From the NCBI GenBank assembly GCA_026936335.1, contig JAPMXV010000076.1, positions 109,531 through 173,530 on the forward strand: 64,000 bases of DNA, read 5' to 3'. Shown in pieces: positions 48,973 through 59,774 of the stretch. The translations under genes were made by a program, and so were the position numbers. Within the stretch, counting starts at the first letter, position 1. Every line of letters begins with the position of its first letter. Source of the stretch: Mantamonas sphyraenae STR306 (lineage: Eukaryota; Protista; CRuMs). Below the pieces are notes generated by a model. That model ran no database searches. It saw only the letters and a list, made by a program, of their open reading frames with translations, and was not told where the DNA came from.

Positions 48973-50857
48973 ACAGTGGGCGCTGCCTGGGAACGAACTG
49001 GTGGATCAGTCTGCACTCTGTACACAACAGCAACGTGGATGGATGTCTGTAGGACCTTGTCGCGCCACACCGAGGTCTGTGGTCAACCACGAGGAGGCCA
49101 CAGTGATGGCTGTGGGACGGAGTGGGCGTCAAGAGAGTGCCTGTGTGGGTGAAAGGCGGTATGGGGTCGAGATGTTGGTTCAGGAGGCAGTTTGAAGCAT
49201 GGTGTGCTGGTTGTGTCGACCGTGGCAAAGTTGATGGATGGAGAAGCAGGGTGGATTGCTGGTCGATGAATGGTGTGTGCACTTTGTGGGACCATGTGGT
49301 GGGGAGGGGGTGATGCTGGCGTGGACTTGTGGGCCATTACGGGGAGTGGAAGCACGGAGGAGGAAAGGAGTTCCCGGGAACCCAAGTGGCAAGCCGACGC
49401 AGTCGTCTGGGGTCAAGGAAGGGCACACAAGTGGCATGTTGAAGGCAAAGTGAACACCGGCAGGGAAGGATGGGGTGAGGAAGGAAGCAAGGAGGTGGGG
49501 AGTTTGGTTGACGGGGCCAGTCTGTGTTTGCCAAGGTCGGCAAGGGGTGTTTGGGGAACTCAGGGAGCGAGACGACGGTGGGCTTGCTCACAGGTGGAGT
49601 GGTTTGGTAGGAAGGACCGTGGGTGACGGTGTGCACGTCACGTGGGGCGACTGTTGGTCGATCTGGTGCATGTCATGACCCGCTGTGTGAGTGTGTTTGT
49701 GGCGCCAGACGCGAACCTGTTCTGGCCCATCATCGCATCACAGCGGGGTGGTCGACACCATCACACACTGTCCATGGAGAGATCCTCGGGTCATGGTGTG
49801 CTTTGACGGGGATGTGCATCGTGGTGGGCAGGACCACAGCTCCTCCTCCTGTGCCATGGTTGCATCAGATGGAATAGAGAGAAGGAGAGGAGGAGAGTAG
49901 AAAGGAGTAAGCAGGGGCTGCAAAGGGGGAATGGTGACATTAAACTTGGTGTGGGTGATGAGGGGCGCATCCAGTGGTGGGTGGTTGTCGCAGTGCGCGG
50001 TATGTGTGGGTGGATGTGTGGGTGTGACTGCAGTCGATGTCGTGGCTGGAGTGTCCTGGGCCTGTTGGATGGACGGGGGGTGGGGAGGCATTCAGGTGGG
50101 CAGCAGCCGAGTGTGGTGGGAGAAAGGGCGCTTGTCAAAGCAGGACAAACAAGTGACTGAAGGAGATGTCCAGGCAAGGTTGGTTGATGACATAGTGGGT
50201 GTCTCGGGTTGACAATGCCGGTTGGTGGGTGCGCTGGGGCTGCGTGCAACCGGCTTTTCCGTTTGGGCGGGGAGAAGGAGGCTGGTTGGCGCCAGCAACA
50301 AAGTGGCAAAAAGGCACGTCGTGCTGCCGCCCCACGCACCACAGACGGCCAACACTTGGCGACCATTCCAGAGTCTGACTGTCCGATGCATGGGACGACG
50401 CATCGGGCAGTCGGCACAACAACGGGACGCCGGGGGCTGGGTGGGGAAGGGACTTTGGGCCCGCGGGGTGCAAGGGAGTCTTGCCAACCGCAGCAGCAGC
50501 ATGCAACGCATCTCACACAACCCGCATATTCTCACAGATTCATACTCCGGCGACGGTAAGTGACTGGGTGGATGGAGAACGTGTGTGTTGGGCTGGTGGT
50601 TGAGAGGGAGGAGGAAGGCGGGTGCAGGGGGTGCACGTCAAGCGCAGCAGCACTTGCAACGCCGTCTAACAACCCGTCCGTCCTCACAGAATGGGAATCA
50701 GAACCAGAATCAGAACCAGAAGGCAAGTAAAGTGGATGGATGGAGAACGTGCGGGTTGGGCTGGTGGTGGAGAGGGAGGGGGAAGGTGGACGCAGAAGTT
50801 GGAGAGAGGGAAGGGTGGTGAACACACACGCTCACATCTGGCAAATCAGACGATTTT

Positions 50858-52376
50858 ATGCCACCGAGGAAGGTTGATTGGATGGAACTGCTGGAGGGCG
50901 GGGATCATGAACGGATTTGCATCGCACTGGAGGCAAAGGGAAAGGTGGGTTGGGACCGGACTCAGAGAGGGGCGTCGTGCACGTCAAGAAGTGGATGAAG
51001 GGCAACAATGGAGTGCGCTGACACGTGGAGCACAGTACTTGGATCTTACTAACGAGGAACTAGGTGACAAAGAGGCAGTAGCGCTGGCCAAGGCGCTGGG
51101 GAAGAACTGCAGCTTGCAGAAACTGAACCTGCAGATCAACAGCATCGGGTACAAAGGAGCAACAGCAGTGGCGCAGGCACTGAGTGAGAACAACAGCTTG
51201 CAGACTCTGATCCTACGAAGCAATGAGATCGGGGATGAAGGAGCAGCAGCAATGGCGCAGGCTCTGAGTAAGAACAGCAGCTTGCAGGAACTGAACCTCA
51301 GCGACAACAGCATCGAGGACAAGGGCGCAGCAGCACTGGCGCAGGGACTGAGTGTGAACAGCAGCTTGCAGGAACTGGACCTCGGCACCAATAGCGCCGG
51401 GGACAAGGGCGCAGCAGCAATGGCGCAGGCACTGAGTAAGAACAGCAGCTTGCAGGAACTGGACCTCAGCGCCAATAGCGTCGGGGAAAAGGGCGCAGCA
51501 GCAATGGGGCAGGCTCTGAGTAAGAACAGCAGCTTGCAGACACTGTACCTCGGCACCAACAGCATCGGGGACGATGGAGCAGCATCACTGGCGCAGGCTC
51601 TGAGCACGAACAGGAGCTTGCGGACGCTGGACCTCTACTGGAACAGGATCGATGACAAAGGTGCAGCAGCACTGGCGCAGGCACTGAATGAGAACAACAG
51701 CTTGCAGACACTGAACCTCAGCTGGAACAGGATCGGCAACAAAGGAGCAGCAGCACTGACAAAGGCGATGAAAGGCAATCGGTCGTGCTGGAACATCGAG
51801 GATGTCCAGGATGGAGCTTTGCTGTCGCTTTTGGAGAGGAACAAGAAGCAGCATGTGGAGTTTGTGGAGTGTGGGGATGTGAAGCAGATGAGAAAGTTGA
51901 GGGAGTGGGGTGTGCCTGTGGACACGTATGCAGGGGATGAAGGGCGGAAGACTGCTCTGGAGAGGGCAGTGAAGGGAAGGGATCACGAGATAGTGGCAGT
52001 GTTGCGGGCATGGGGTGCAAAGCCGAGGATGGAAACGGTGGAGATGGTGAGGGAGGCAGGGTGGAGGAAGGCGTGGCATTGGATTGGATGGGGTGCGGAG
52101 GTGGATGAGGCGGTAGAGGTAGCGTTGGTGATGAACGGGGAGGAGAGGGAAGCGATGTTTGAGTGTGGAGGGATGGAGGAGTATGTGGAGGAGAGAGGGT
52201 GGGAAGGATGGGTGACATTGCCGGATGAGGTGATGGAGAGGGTGATTGGGTGGGTGGGGAGGGGTGCTGCACCGGCAAGGGTCCCCTGGTGGCTGAGAGC
52301 ACGGGAGACGAAGAAGCGAGAGAGGGATGAGGAGGAAGAAGAGGTGGAAAAGAGGCAACGTGTGGAGGAGGAGTGA
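50858..52376 (+). CDS. LRR-ANK-F-box-like protein 9 (8 LRRs); exons 50858-50944, 51036-52376
   Basis: First exon MPPRKVDWMELLEGGDHERICIALEAKGK. KRQRVEEE tail. Confidence 0.88.
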
Positions 52377-52919
52377 ACAGTGGGGGTTGATCAGCAGCAG
52401 GAATGGACGTTCTTTGAAGCGATCGGTTTCGGGCGCATGAGAGGCGGAGCGGGAGGGAGAGGGGACGGACAGGAAGCCAGTGGTGCATGTATGGGTAACT
52501 ATGAAAACGGCTGTGTCGATGTGAGGTATGAGAATATGGCACAGGCGTGTGAAGGGGCGGAAGAAGAAGGTGACGAGCTGGAAGTGGCGCGGTGAGTGGC
52601 AAACGAATGCAATGCATGCCATGCTCACTGCCTGTGTGATGGAAGTGTTGATTGGGTAAACAGGGCACGGTGGCACTTTGTGTACAATGCGGGAATGGGA
52701 GACGGGAGGCTGGGTCGCGGGGACGGTGCTGCGAAGGGAAAGGAAGCACGGGCTGAACACATCGATGCGCTGTCCAACCGTCCATTGATGCATACGCAAT
52801 CATGCAGAGTGGGACTGGTATTGACCACAGTGAAACCATGTTGTGTGAAAATGGACACATGGGGCTTGGTGGAGGGTGTTTGTTGGCGGGAAGGAATATG
52901 GCGCGTGGAGGCGCCACAC

Positions 52920-55900
52920 GTCACGTCAAAGGAAGCCCACGCTGCTAAAACGTTTGCTAGAGCGCTACGAGGGGAGGCGGAAACCCTTCTTCAGGACCTC
53001 ATTGCCAGCATTGAACACGACCTGGTGGTGGGTTGCGCCAAGGGCGCTCCGCCGCTGTTGGCAAGGCCGTGAAGCTGGCCAAGGACGAGGTGTTGGGCGC
53101 AGTGCGCACTGTGTTTGCCGCCATCCTTAAGCACGAGGGCATGGCCGTGGAGGCCGTCACGTTTGCACAAACGCAGAAGGACGAAAAGGGGCAGAAGAAC
53201 CTGAACGTGTGGACAAGCAGGCCGTCAAGGTTGTGCACAGGGTGCAGACGCAGTGCCAGACGAAGCTGAGCGCCAACACGGACGTAGAGGACGACGCCGA
53301 GCTGGAGGACAAGGACCAAGGTGGCCACGGCAGTACAAGAAGCACGCGGAGGAAGTGACGGAGAAGGCCAACTTCCTCACTCTGGGCTCTGCACCCAGCT
53401 CCCACCGCGTCAACGCTCTGCCTGCACGCAGCGTGCAGACAACACGGACCACTGCCGCCGGCGCCCTGGGACGGAGCTGCAGTCTGTTTGGCTGTTCCCG
53501 GCAGCCCGAAGCTTTGCGGCAGGTTGGGCAGTGGGAGGAACAAAGGTGAACGGACGCCAAAGGAGGCGATGAGGAGCCTGAAAGGAGATGATGAAGGAGC
53601 GCATGCAGCAGCTGAAGGGCCTGAGCGACGACGTGGACACGGTGGCTGTGTCCAAGAGCGTGCTGAGTTTTGTGCGTTGTGAAGGACAAGCTGACGCAAG
53701 CTGTGCTGCGCAAGGCAGGTTTCGAGGCTGTGTTGAAGCTGCTGGGCTCGCCCGCTGTGAACGACAGCGTGTCCGAAGAGGGGGCAAGGACGTGTACCTG
53801 AAGAGGAGCCAGACGTCTGCGGTTGATGGCCGACACGTTTGAGACGCGCGTGGAGAACGTGGAGAGCGCAAGCCCTGGCCAGAAGGAGGAGTACAACCAC
53901 TTGGGCATCGTGCACTCCCTGCAGGGCGTGGACGCGTGCGGCATCGAGCTCAACTCCAAGGTGGCCACAGCTGCAAACAACCTGCTGCAGTCGCTGGAGG
54001 ACTCCATCCGCTCGATCTACCAGCCGCAGGGACGCGTGGCTTTCGGAGGCAGCGAGCTGGACGCCCTCGCCGTGGGCCTCAAGGCCATGTGCGTGGACTA
54101 CAGCGACAAAGACTCGCAGTGCCTGAACGACATCGAAGGTGCTGGGAGCGCTGTACCCGGTTTCCTTTCGTTTGAGGGCGATCTGGAGTGCGAGCAGGTC
54201 ACACGGGATCTGCGTGCCGAGCGCGCGACGTCGCCCAAAAAGGAGGGCAGCATGAAGAAGGTGAAGGAGGCGCAGCCCAAGTTGGACGAATGGGAGAAGC
54301 TGAACGAATCAGCTGCAGGACATCCCAGGGGCATCGTTCTCTGTGGCGATGTTTGGCGCAGGCGACGTGGTGGGCATCGGCCGCGACTACAACAATCGTG
54401 AGGTGTTTGTGACCCAAGAGAACCTGGTCGCGCAATTCAGCGAGCCGTGGGGCGCCATGTGGGGTGACGGGATGACGCAGGGCAAAGGCGTGTCCTTCAA
54501 CGTGAACAACGGTGACGCAGTGCGCTACAACGTGGATTCGCACGTGTCGTCGTTCGAGGGCTCGCTGTTCAAGTTGCAGCGTGGTGCGCAGTTTAACGCG
54601 TGTACACGGAGGAGGAGGCATTGGCCACCATTGAGCTGAAGATCGACAAGGTGGACGGCCGAGATTTCTCGGGCGAGCTGAGCTGGCCGTCGGAGGAGAC
54701 GGTGGTGAAGATGGAGGCTGAACTGGGTGTGCACAACAGCCTTGTGTTCCGCGAGGTGGACGTGGGGCGAGTACAAGTGCACGACCGACGCCGATGGCAA
54801 CAACCAGGGGACTTTGGACAGGGCGGGCGAGAAGACGGTGGAGCTGGCACGCTTTGGGCGTGGCGTTGCGGTGGACTTTCGCAGCGAGGAGCACGCCTGT
54901 GTGGACCTGGGCGGCGGATCGAAGGTGAGGATGTCTGTGGAGATGTGGGTCAAGTGTGACGGCATGCCGGGCGAGAACGAGGCCCAGTACTCGCTGACGG
55001 GCGGCACGAAGCACGACGACCGCTTGTTCGTTGTGAGCGTCGCGAAGCGTGAGCTGCAGTGCGGCACGTCGCGTCCGTCGAAGAAGTGCTTTGTGGAGAC
55101 GGGGGACATGCTGGCGGAGGAGGATGTGGCCGCGTGGATGTGCCTGGGTGCCGGCTACGACGTGGAGAGCGGCACGTGGAAGCTGTACGTGAACGGCTAG
55201 CTCAAGGGCGAAGCCAAGGCGGACAACGAGCTGGACAAGATCAAGGATCAGCGCTGGGTCGTGGGTGCATATATCTTTGTGGGTTTCGTTCACCACACCC
55301 TCACCACTCCAGCCATCCTCATCCACCCTCACCTCCGGCGCCCTCCAAACTGAGCCCGTGCGGCACTTCTGCGCACCCCAAGTCGCGCTTTGTAAGGAGC
55401 AGTTTTCACCACAACCACCATCCAAACCACCACCATCCCTCCGCCAGCACCCATTGCTATCGGAATCACACCAGCCGGCGTCACCTTCCCCCCTCCACCC
55501 TCACCTCCGGCGCCTCCCAAACAGGCCCCGTGCGGCACTCTTGCGCACCCCAAATCGCGTTAACCCCTGTACAACCATTTTCCCCACCACCATCCAAACC
55601 ACCACCATCCCTTCACCAGCACCCATTGCTATCGGAATCACACCAGCCAGCGTCACCTTCCCCCTCCACCCTCACCTCCGGCGCCTCCCAAACTGAGCCC
55701 GTGCGGCACTATTGCGCACCCCGAGTCGCGTTTGTAAGGAGCGTCCTTCCCCACAACCACCATCCAAACCACCACCATCCCTTCACCAGCACCCGAAGAA
55801 GACGTACAGCGACTTGACGGACAAGATGGTGGACGCAGGGGTGAGTCTGTACTCGCCGAACGACAAGGTGACGTTCCCGCGCGTGGGCGGCGCCGGAGGC

Positions 55901-57413
55901 GGTGGCGAGTCTGGCAACAAGACGTACGGCTCGCCGGAGCTTATCCGCAAGGCGCGTGTGAACAATCTGCGTGCGCTGGGCTTTGGCCAGGCGGCAGCGG
56001 AGAAGGCGCTGGACGAGGTGTGCCCCGACGTGGGCGACGAGTTTGACGTGGAGGGCGTGATTGCGTGGATGGTCGAAAGGAGCGTGGAGCTGGAGAACGT
56101 GGAGGACCCGACGGCGCAGGCGGAGGAGGAGGACGCGCAGGAGGACCTTGTGTTTGACCTGGGCAGCCTCGGATCGATGGGCGAGAACCAGGCGTTTGCG
56201 GTGCTGGACGCACCGGGCCAGAGCAGGAAGAAGAAAGAGGGCAAACAGTACCCGACGCTGACCAAGAGTTTGAATGCAGGCGGACCTCTGTGGAGGACTG
56301 TGCTGCTGTCGCAGTTTGCAAGCTCGACCGAGGCACTGTGCGCCGTATTTGCGCGCCGGACGTTCTTTTCGCTGATGAAGAACTGGCCGAGCGCACACAC
56401 GTTCAGCATGGAGAAGCTGGGTGGCGTGAGCACGTTTTCACATCTGCTGAAGCTGAACGCGGCGGCCTACGAGGACGACCCGGAAATGGGCGACAAGGAG
56501 ATGGCGCAGTCGACATCGCCGATTGTGCTTCTGCGCAACAAGCTGGTGGAGGTTCTGCCGAGCGAAGACGCAAACGCGATGAAGGTGAAGCAGGCGATTG
56601 TGCTGGAGATTGTGAGCAGCCTGATGAAGCTGATCGAGGCCCAGAGCGGCGCCACGGAGACCCAGATCAAGAACGACAAGGACGTGCTGGAGAAGCCGAA
56701 TGCCGCACTTGCGTGCTGGCTGGCCGAGACGCGGTTCTCGCGAAGGAGTCCAACAAGGTGGCTCCGGAGGATGCACGCCGCGTGGTGAGCGTGCTCTTTA
56801 CGTTCCTTGCACACGGCAGCAACAACATGGGCACACGCATCATGCGCCTGCTTGCAGTTGTATTGCGCAGCGTGACGGGTGAGATCGACCTTTCCGCGAA
56901 CAAGCAGCTGCGCAAGGCCATGTTTGAGCTGTACAAGGAGAAGGGCCCCAAGCCGGGCGCCAAGACGTTCACGCTGCCGCCTGCACACCTGCAGGTGCTG
57001 GTGGAACTGATGGTGAGCACACGCCATTTGGCCACGGGCAGCAAGAAGACGGCACCCGCAGATGTGAAGGGCAAGGGCAAGGCCAGCGAGAGCGAGGCCG
57101 AGGTGGAGGTTGTGGAAGTGGAGGTCGAAGGCGGTGAAGGCGCAAGCAGCGGCGGTGCAAGCAGCGAGAGCAAAGAGAAGCCGAGCAGCAGCAGCTCTAG
57201 CAGCAGCTCTAGCAGCAGCAGCGGCGACGACGACGAGACGCAGACGTGGTTTGAGGACGTGGGCGAGGTGGCCGACTTTTTGCACGGGTCGCTGAACAAC
57301 AAGCCGCTGTCGGAGACGGCGGTGGCCAAGGTGCTGATGAGGACGGACACGAGCAACAGCAAGACGTGTGAGAGCGCGCGCACAAGAAGGCTCGCAAGGG
57401 CAAGAAGATTTCG
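52920..57413 (+). pseudogene. Degraded 5' portion of a giant HERC/HECTD-like E3 ligase (SPRY-like, LamG/ConA-like and UBA-like fragments)
   Basis: Strong coding bias split across frames. FGAGDVVGIGRDYNNREVF (SPRY-like); SVEMWVK...YDVESGTWKLYVNG* (LamG-like, TAG at 55198); NLRALGFGQAAAEKAL (UBA-like). Frameshifts near 54350, 54600, 54760, 56730 and 57380. Confidence 0.75.
55290..55795. repeat. ~171-bp tandem repeat (~2.8 copies), C-rich, inserted in the HECT pseudogene
   Basis: ccctcacctccggcg recurs at 55326, 55498 and 55669. Confidence 0.9.
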
Positions 57414-59774
57414 ATGGAGCAGGTGACGAGCGTGAGCGTGACGCTGGACGAGAAGTGCAAGGTCGCGGAGAGCGACTACATCTTCTTCACGCGCGACGAG
57501 GAGGGCAAGGACATGCTGGGCATGTGGACGAACCCACCGGATGACCACGACGAGGAGAAGAAGAAGGCCGGTCGCACGTTTGAGTTTGACACGGGCAAGT
57601 TCTACTGGGTGTTCCCGTGCAAGCCGACGGTGCTGTTTGACAAGAGCACGGCACACAACGCACTGCGTGTGAGCGACGACCTGAAGACGCTGGGGGCAGA
57701 CGAAAGCTACTGCACGTGGCGCTCGATCATGTGCAAGACACCTGCGCGTGGACGCTTCAGCTTCATTTGCGAGATTGAAAAGTGCCAGAGCGGCAACATC
57801 ATGCTGGGCGTGAGCGAGCAGGGCCATGAGCCGAGCTACTGGATTGGCCAGACGTCGTCGACGCAGGCATGGTCGTACTATGGCTGCAGCTACAAGTACC
57901 ACGACGGAAGCAGCTCGTCGTACGGTGGCAGGATGAACAGCGGCGACACGATCACGGTGACGGTGGACGTGGACGAGGGCTGGATCTCGTTCAAGCACAA
58001 CGACACGGACTACGGCAAGGCGTACGAGGATCTGCCCACGGACAAGGACCTGTTCCCTGCGATCTCCCTGTACGACGCCGGAGACAAGGTGATCTTCAAG
58101 CCGGCGAGCCTGGGCAAGGAGAACAAGAGCGAGAGCGGCAGCGCCAAGGAGTGGGGCGTGAGCTTCACGGTGAACCCGACTGGTTACACGAAGGAGGGCG
58201 CTTTGGCGGCCATGGAGAACATGAAGGGCGAGTTTGACGCGTTCCAGGAGCGCCACAGCGCGTTTGGCAAGACGGAGGACCAGCAGCTGGTGGAGGTGGC
58301 GACAAACTTTGTGCGCAAGAGCAAGCCCGACGGTGACCCGAGCGACATCAAGGAGGTGACGTCGTTTGCACCGAGCAAGGAGGAGCTGCTTGGCTACCGC
58401 GCCCTGTCGGACATGGACACGTCGTTGCTGCAGGAGCGCCTTGTGGTGCTGCAGCAGATCAACGGCTCGATGAACGTGTTCCTGCCTCTTGTGGACCCGA
58501 CGCAAATCGACACGCGCTTCAGCCTGGCAAACGACTTTTCGCGTGCGCGCGGCCTTGTGTTTACGGCACCGAAGTTGCAGCTGTGGCAGCAGGGTATGGA
58601 CGGCACGTACTGCCGCGACTATCGCCCAGAAATCACGATCAACCGCCAAAAGACGGTGGATCTGTGGGACCAGGAGCCGAGCGAGGAGACGCTGACGGGC
58701 AGTGTGTTTGGCCAGATTGCGGCAGCTCTCAAGACGCACGTGAAGAACCTGCGCCAGAGGCCGAGCAGCCAGGCGTGGCACGTGGACTTTACGGGCGAGT
58801 CGTCGATCGATGCAGGCGGACCGTACCGTGAGACGTTCTCGCAGATGATCCGCGAGATCCAGTCGCCGCACATCGACCTGCTTGTGCATGTGGGCAACTT
58901 TAAGAGCGACAACGGTATGCACCGTGACACGTTTGTGCCGAACCCGAGCGGCAAGGGCCAGGTGTACAAGGACCACTACCAGTTCCTGGGCAAGCTGATG
59001 GGCGTGGGTCTGCGCCAGAACATGACGATGGAGCTTGCGATGTCGCCTGTGTTCTGGAAGAAGCTGGTGCAGTTCCCGGTGACGCGTACGGATCTGGTGG
59101 CCATGGACACGATGTGCGTGCAGTGCAACGACGCCATCGTGGACATTGACAAGAAGGGCGTGACGTCGGAGATGTTTGGCGACATGATTGACGAGACGTT
59201 CACGACGCATCTGACGGACGGCACGGAGGTGGAGCTTGTGGAGGGTGGCAAGCACAAGAAGGTGACGTTTGAGAACCGCCTCGAGTACGTGCGCCTTGTG
59301 GAGCAGGCTCGTCTGACCGAGTTTGACACGCAGGTGGGCTGGATCCGCGAGGGTCTGGCGTGCATGGTGCCGGTGCGCCTGTTTTCGCTGTTTACGTTGC
59401 AGGACATCCAGCTGCGCATGTGCGGTGTTGCCGACGTGCCGGTGGAGCTGCTGAAGAAGCACACGTACTACAGCGGGTACACGAAGGACAGCGAGACGGT
59501 GAAGATGTTCTGGGAGTGCATGGAGAACTACACGCCGGAGGAGAGGCAGCTGTTCCTGCGCTTTGTGTGGGGCCGATCGCGTCTGCCGTTGGGCGAGGAC
59601 GCGAGCTACACGTTTACGCTGAGCACGGCGTACCGCAACACCGAGACTGCTCTGCCCGAGTCACACACGTGCTCGTTCCAGCTGGATCTGCCGAGCTCGT
59701 ACGGCACCACCGAGGTGATGTCGCAGCGTCTGGCGTACGCGTTTTACAACTGCGCGGATGTGGACAACGACTAA
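57414..59774 (+). CDS. SPRY/B30.2 + HECT E3 ubiquitin ligase (intact C-terminal 786 aa)
   Basis: SPRY: YGGRMNSGDTITVTVDVDEGWISF...LFPAISLY. HECT: FTGESSIDAGGPYRE, FLRFVWGRSRLP, LPESHTCSFQLDLP with the catalytic Cys. Confidence 0.88.
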   Translation: MEQVTSVSVTLDEKCKVAESDYIFFTRDEEGKDMLGMWTNPPDDHDEEKKKAGRTFEFDTGKFYWVFPCKPTVLFDKSTAHNALRVSDDLKTLGADESYCTWRSIMCKTPARGRFSFICEIEKCQSGNIMLGVSEQGHEPSYWIGQTSSTQAWSYYGCSYKYHDGSSSSYGGRMNSGDTITVTVDVDEGWISFKHNDTDYGKAYEDLPTDKDLFPAISLYDAGDKVIFKPASLGKENKSESGSAKEWGVSFTVNPTGYTKEGALAAMENMKGEFDAFQERHSAFGKTEDQQLVEVATNFVRKSKPDGDPSDIKEVTSFAPSKEELLGYRALSDMDTSLLQERLVVLQQINGSMNVFLPLVDPTQIDTRFSLANDFSRARGLVFTAPKLQLWQQGMDGTYCRDYRPEITINRQKTVDLWDQEPSEETLTGSVFGQIAAALKTHVKNLRQRPSSQAWHVDFTGESSIDAGGPYRETFSQMIREIQSPHIDLLVHVGNFKSDNGMHRDTFVPNPSGKGQVYKDHYQFLGKLMGVGLRQNMTMELAMSPVFWKKLVQFPVTRTDLVAMDTMCVQCNDAIVDIDKKGVTSEMFGDMIDETFTTHLTDGTEVELVEGGKHKKVTFENRLEYVRLVEQARLTEFDTQVGWIREGLACMVPVRLFSLFTLQDIQLRMCGVADVPVELLKKHTYYSGYTKDSETVKMFWECMENYTPEERQLFLRFVWGRSRLPLGEDASYTFTLSTAYRNTETALPESHTCSFQLDLPSSYGTTEVMSQRLAYAFYNCADVDND

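Larger units (their letters stand above)
21985..52915 (+). repeat. Tandem array of nine LRR-ankyrin-F-box-like gene units with mosaic shared spacers
   Basis: Recurrent genes and intergenic blocks, e.g. 21985-22950 ~ 27765-28720; 24570-25600 ~ 30850-31880; 35050-36400 ~ 45650-47000 ~ 49240-50500; 44500-45010 ~ 52395-52915. Confidence 0.95.

Noticed and set aside
28751-49070. Long minus-strand ORFs over LRR genes (SAAAPSAPMLL repeats)
   Set aside because: Antisense translations of the 84-nt LRR modules.
22803-52376. Diversity-generating retroelement or other RT-driven mechanism for LRR variation
   Set aside because: No reverse transcriptase or separate template repeat is visible, and variation is not obviously adenine-restricted. 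Recombination explains the mosaics.
22803-52376. NLR (NACHT-LRR) or RanGAP annotation of the LRR genes
   Set aside because: No P-loop/NACHT domain is present, and the only similarity is the generic RI-type LRR.
56667-59462. 931-aa minus-strand ORF
   Set aside because: Antisense shadow of the strongly codon-biased HECT gene.
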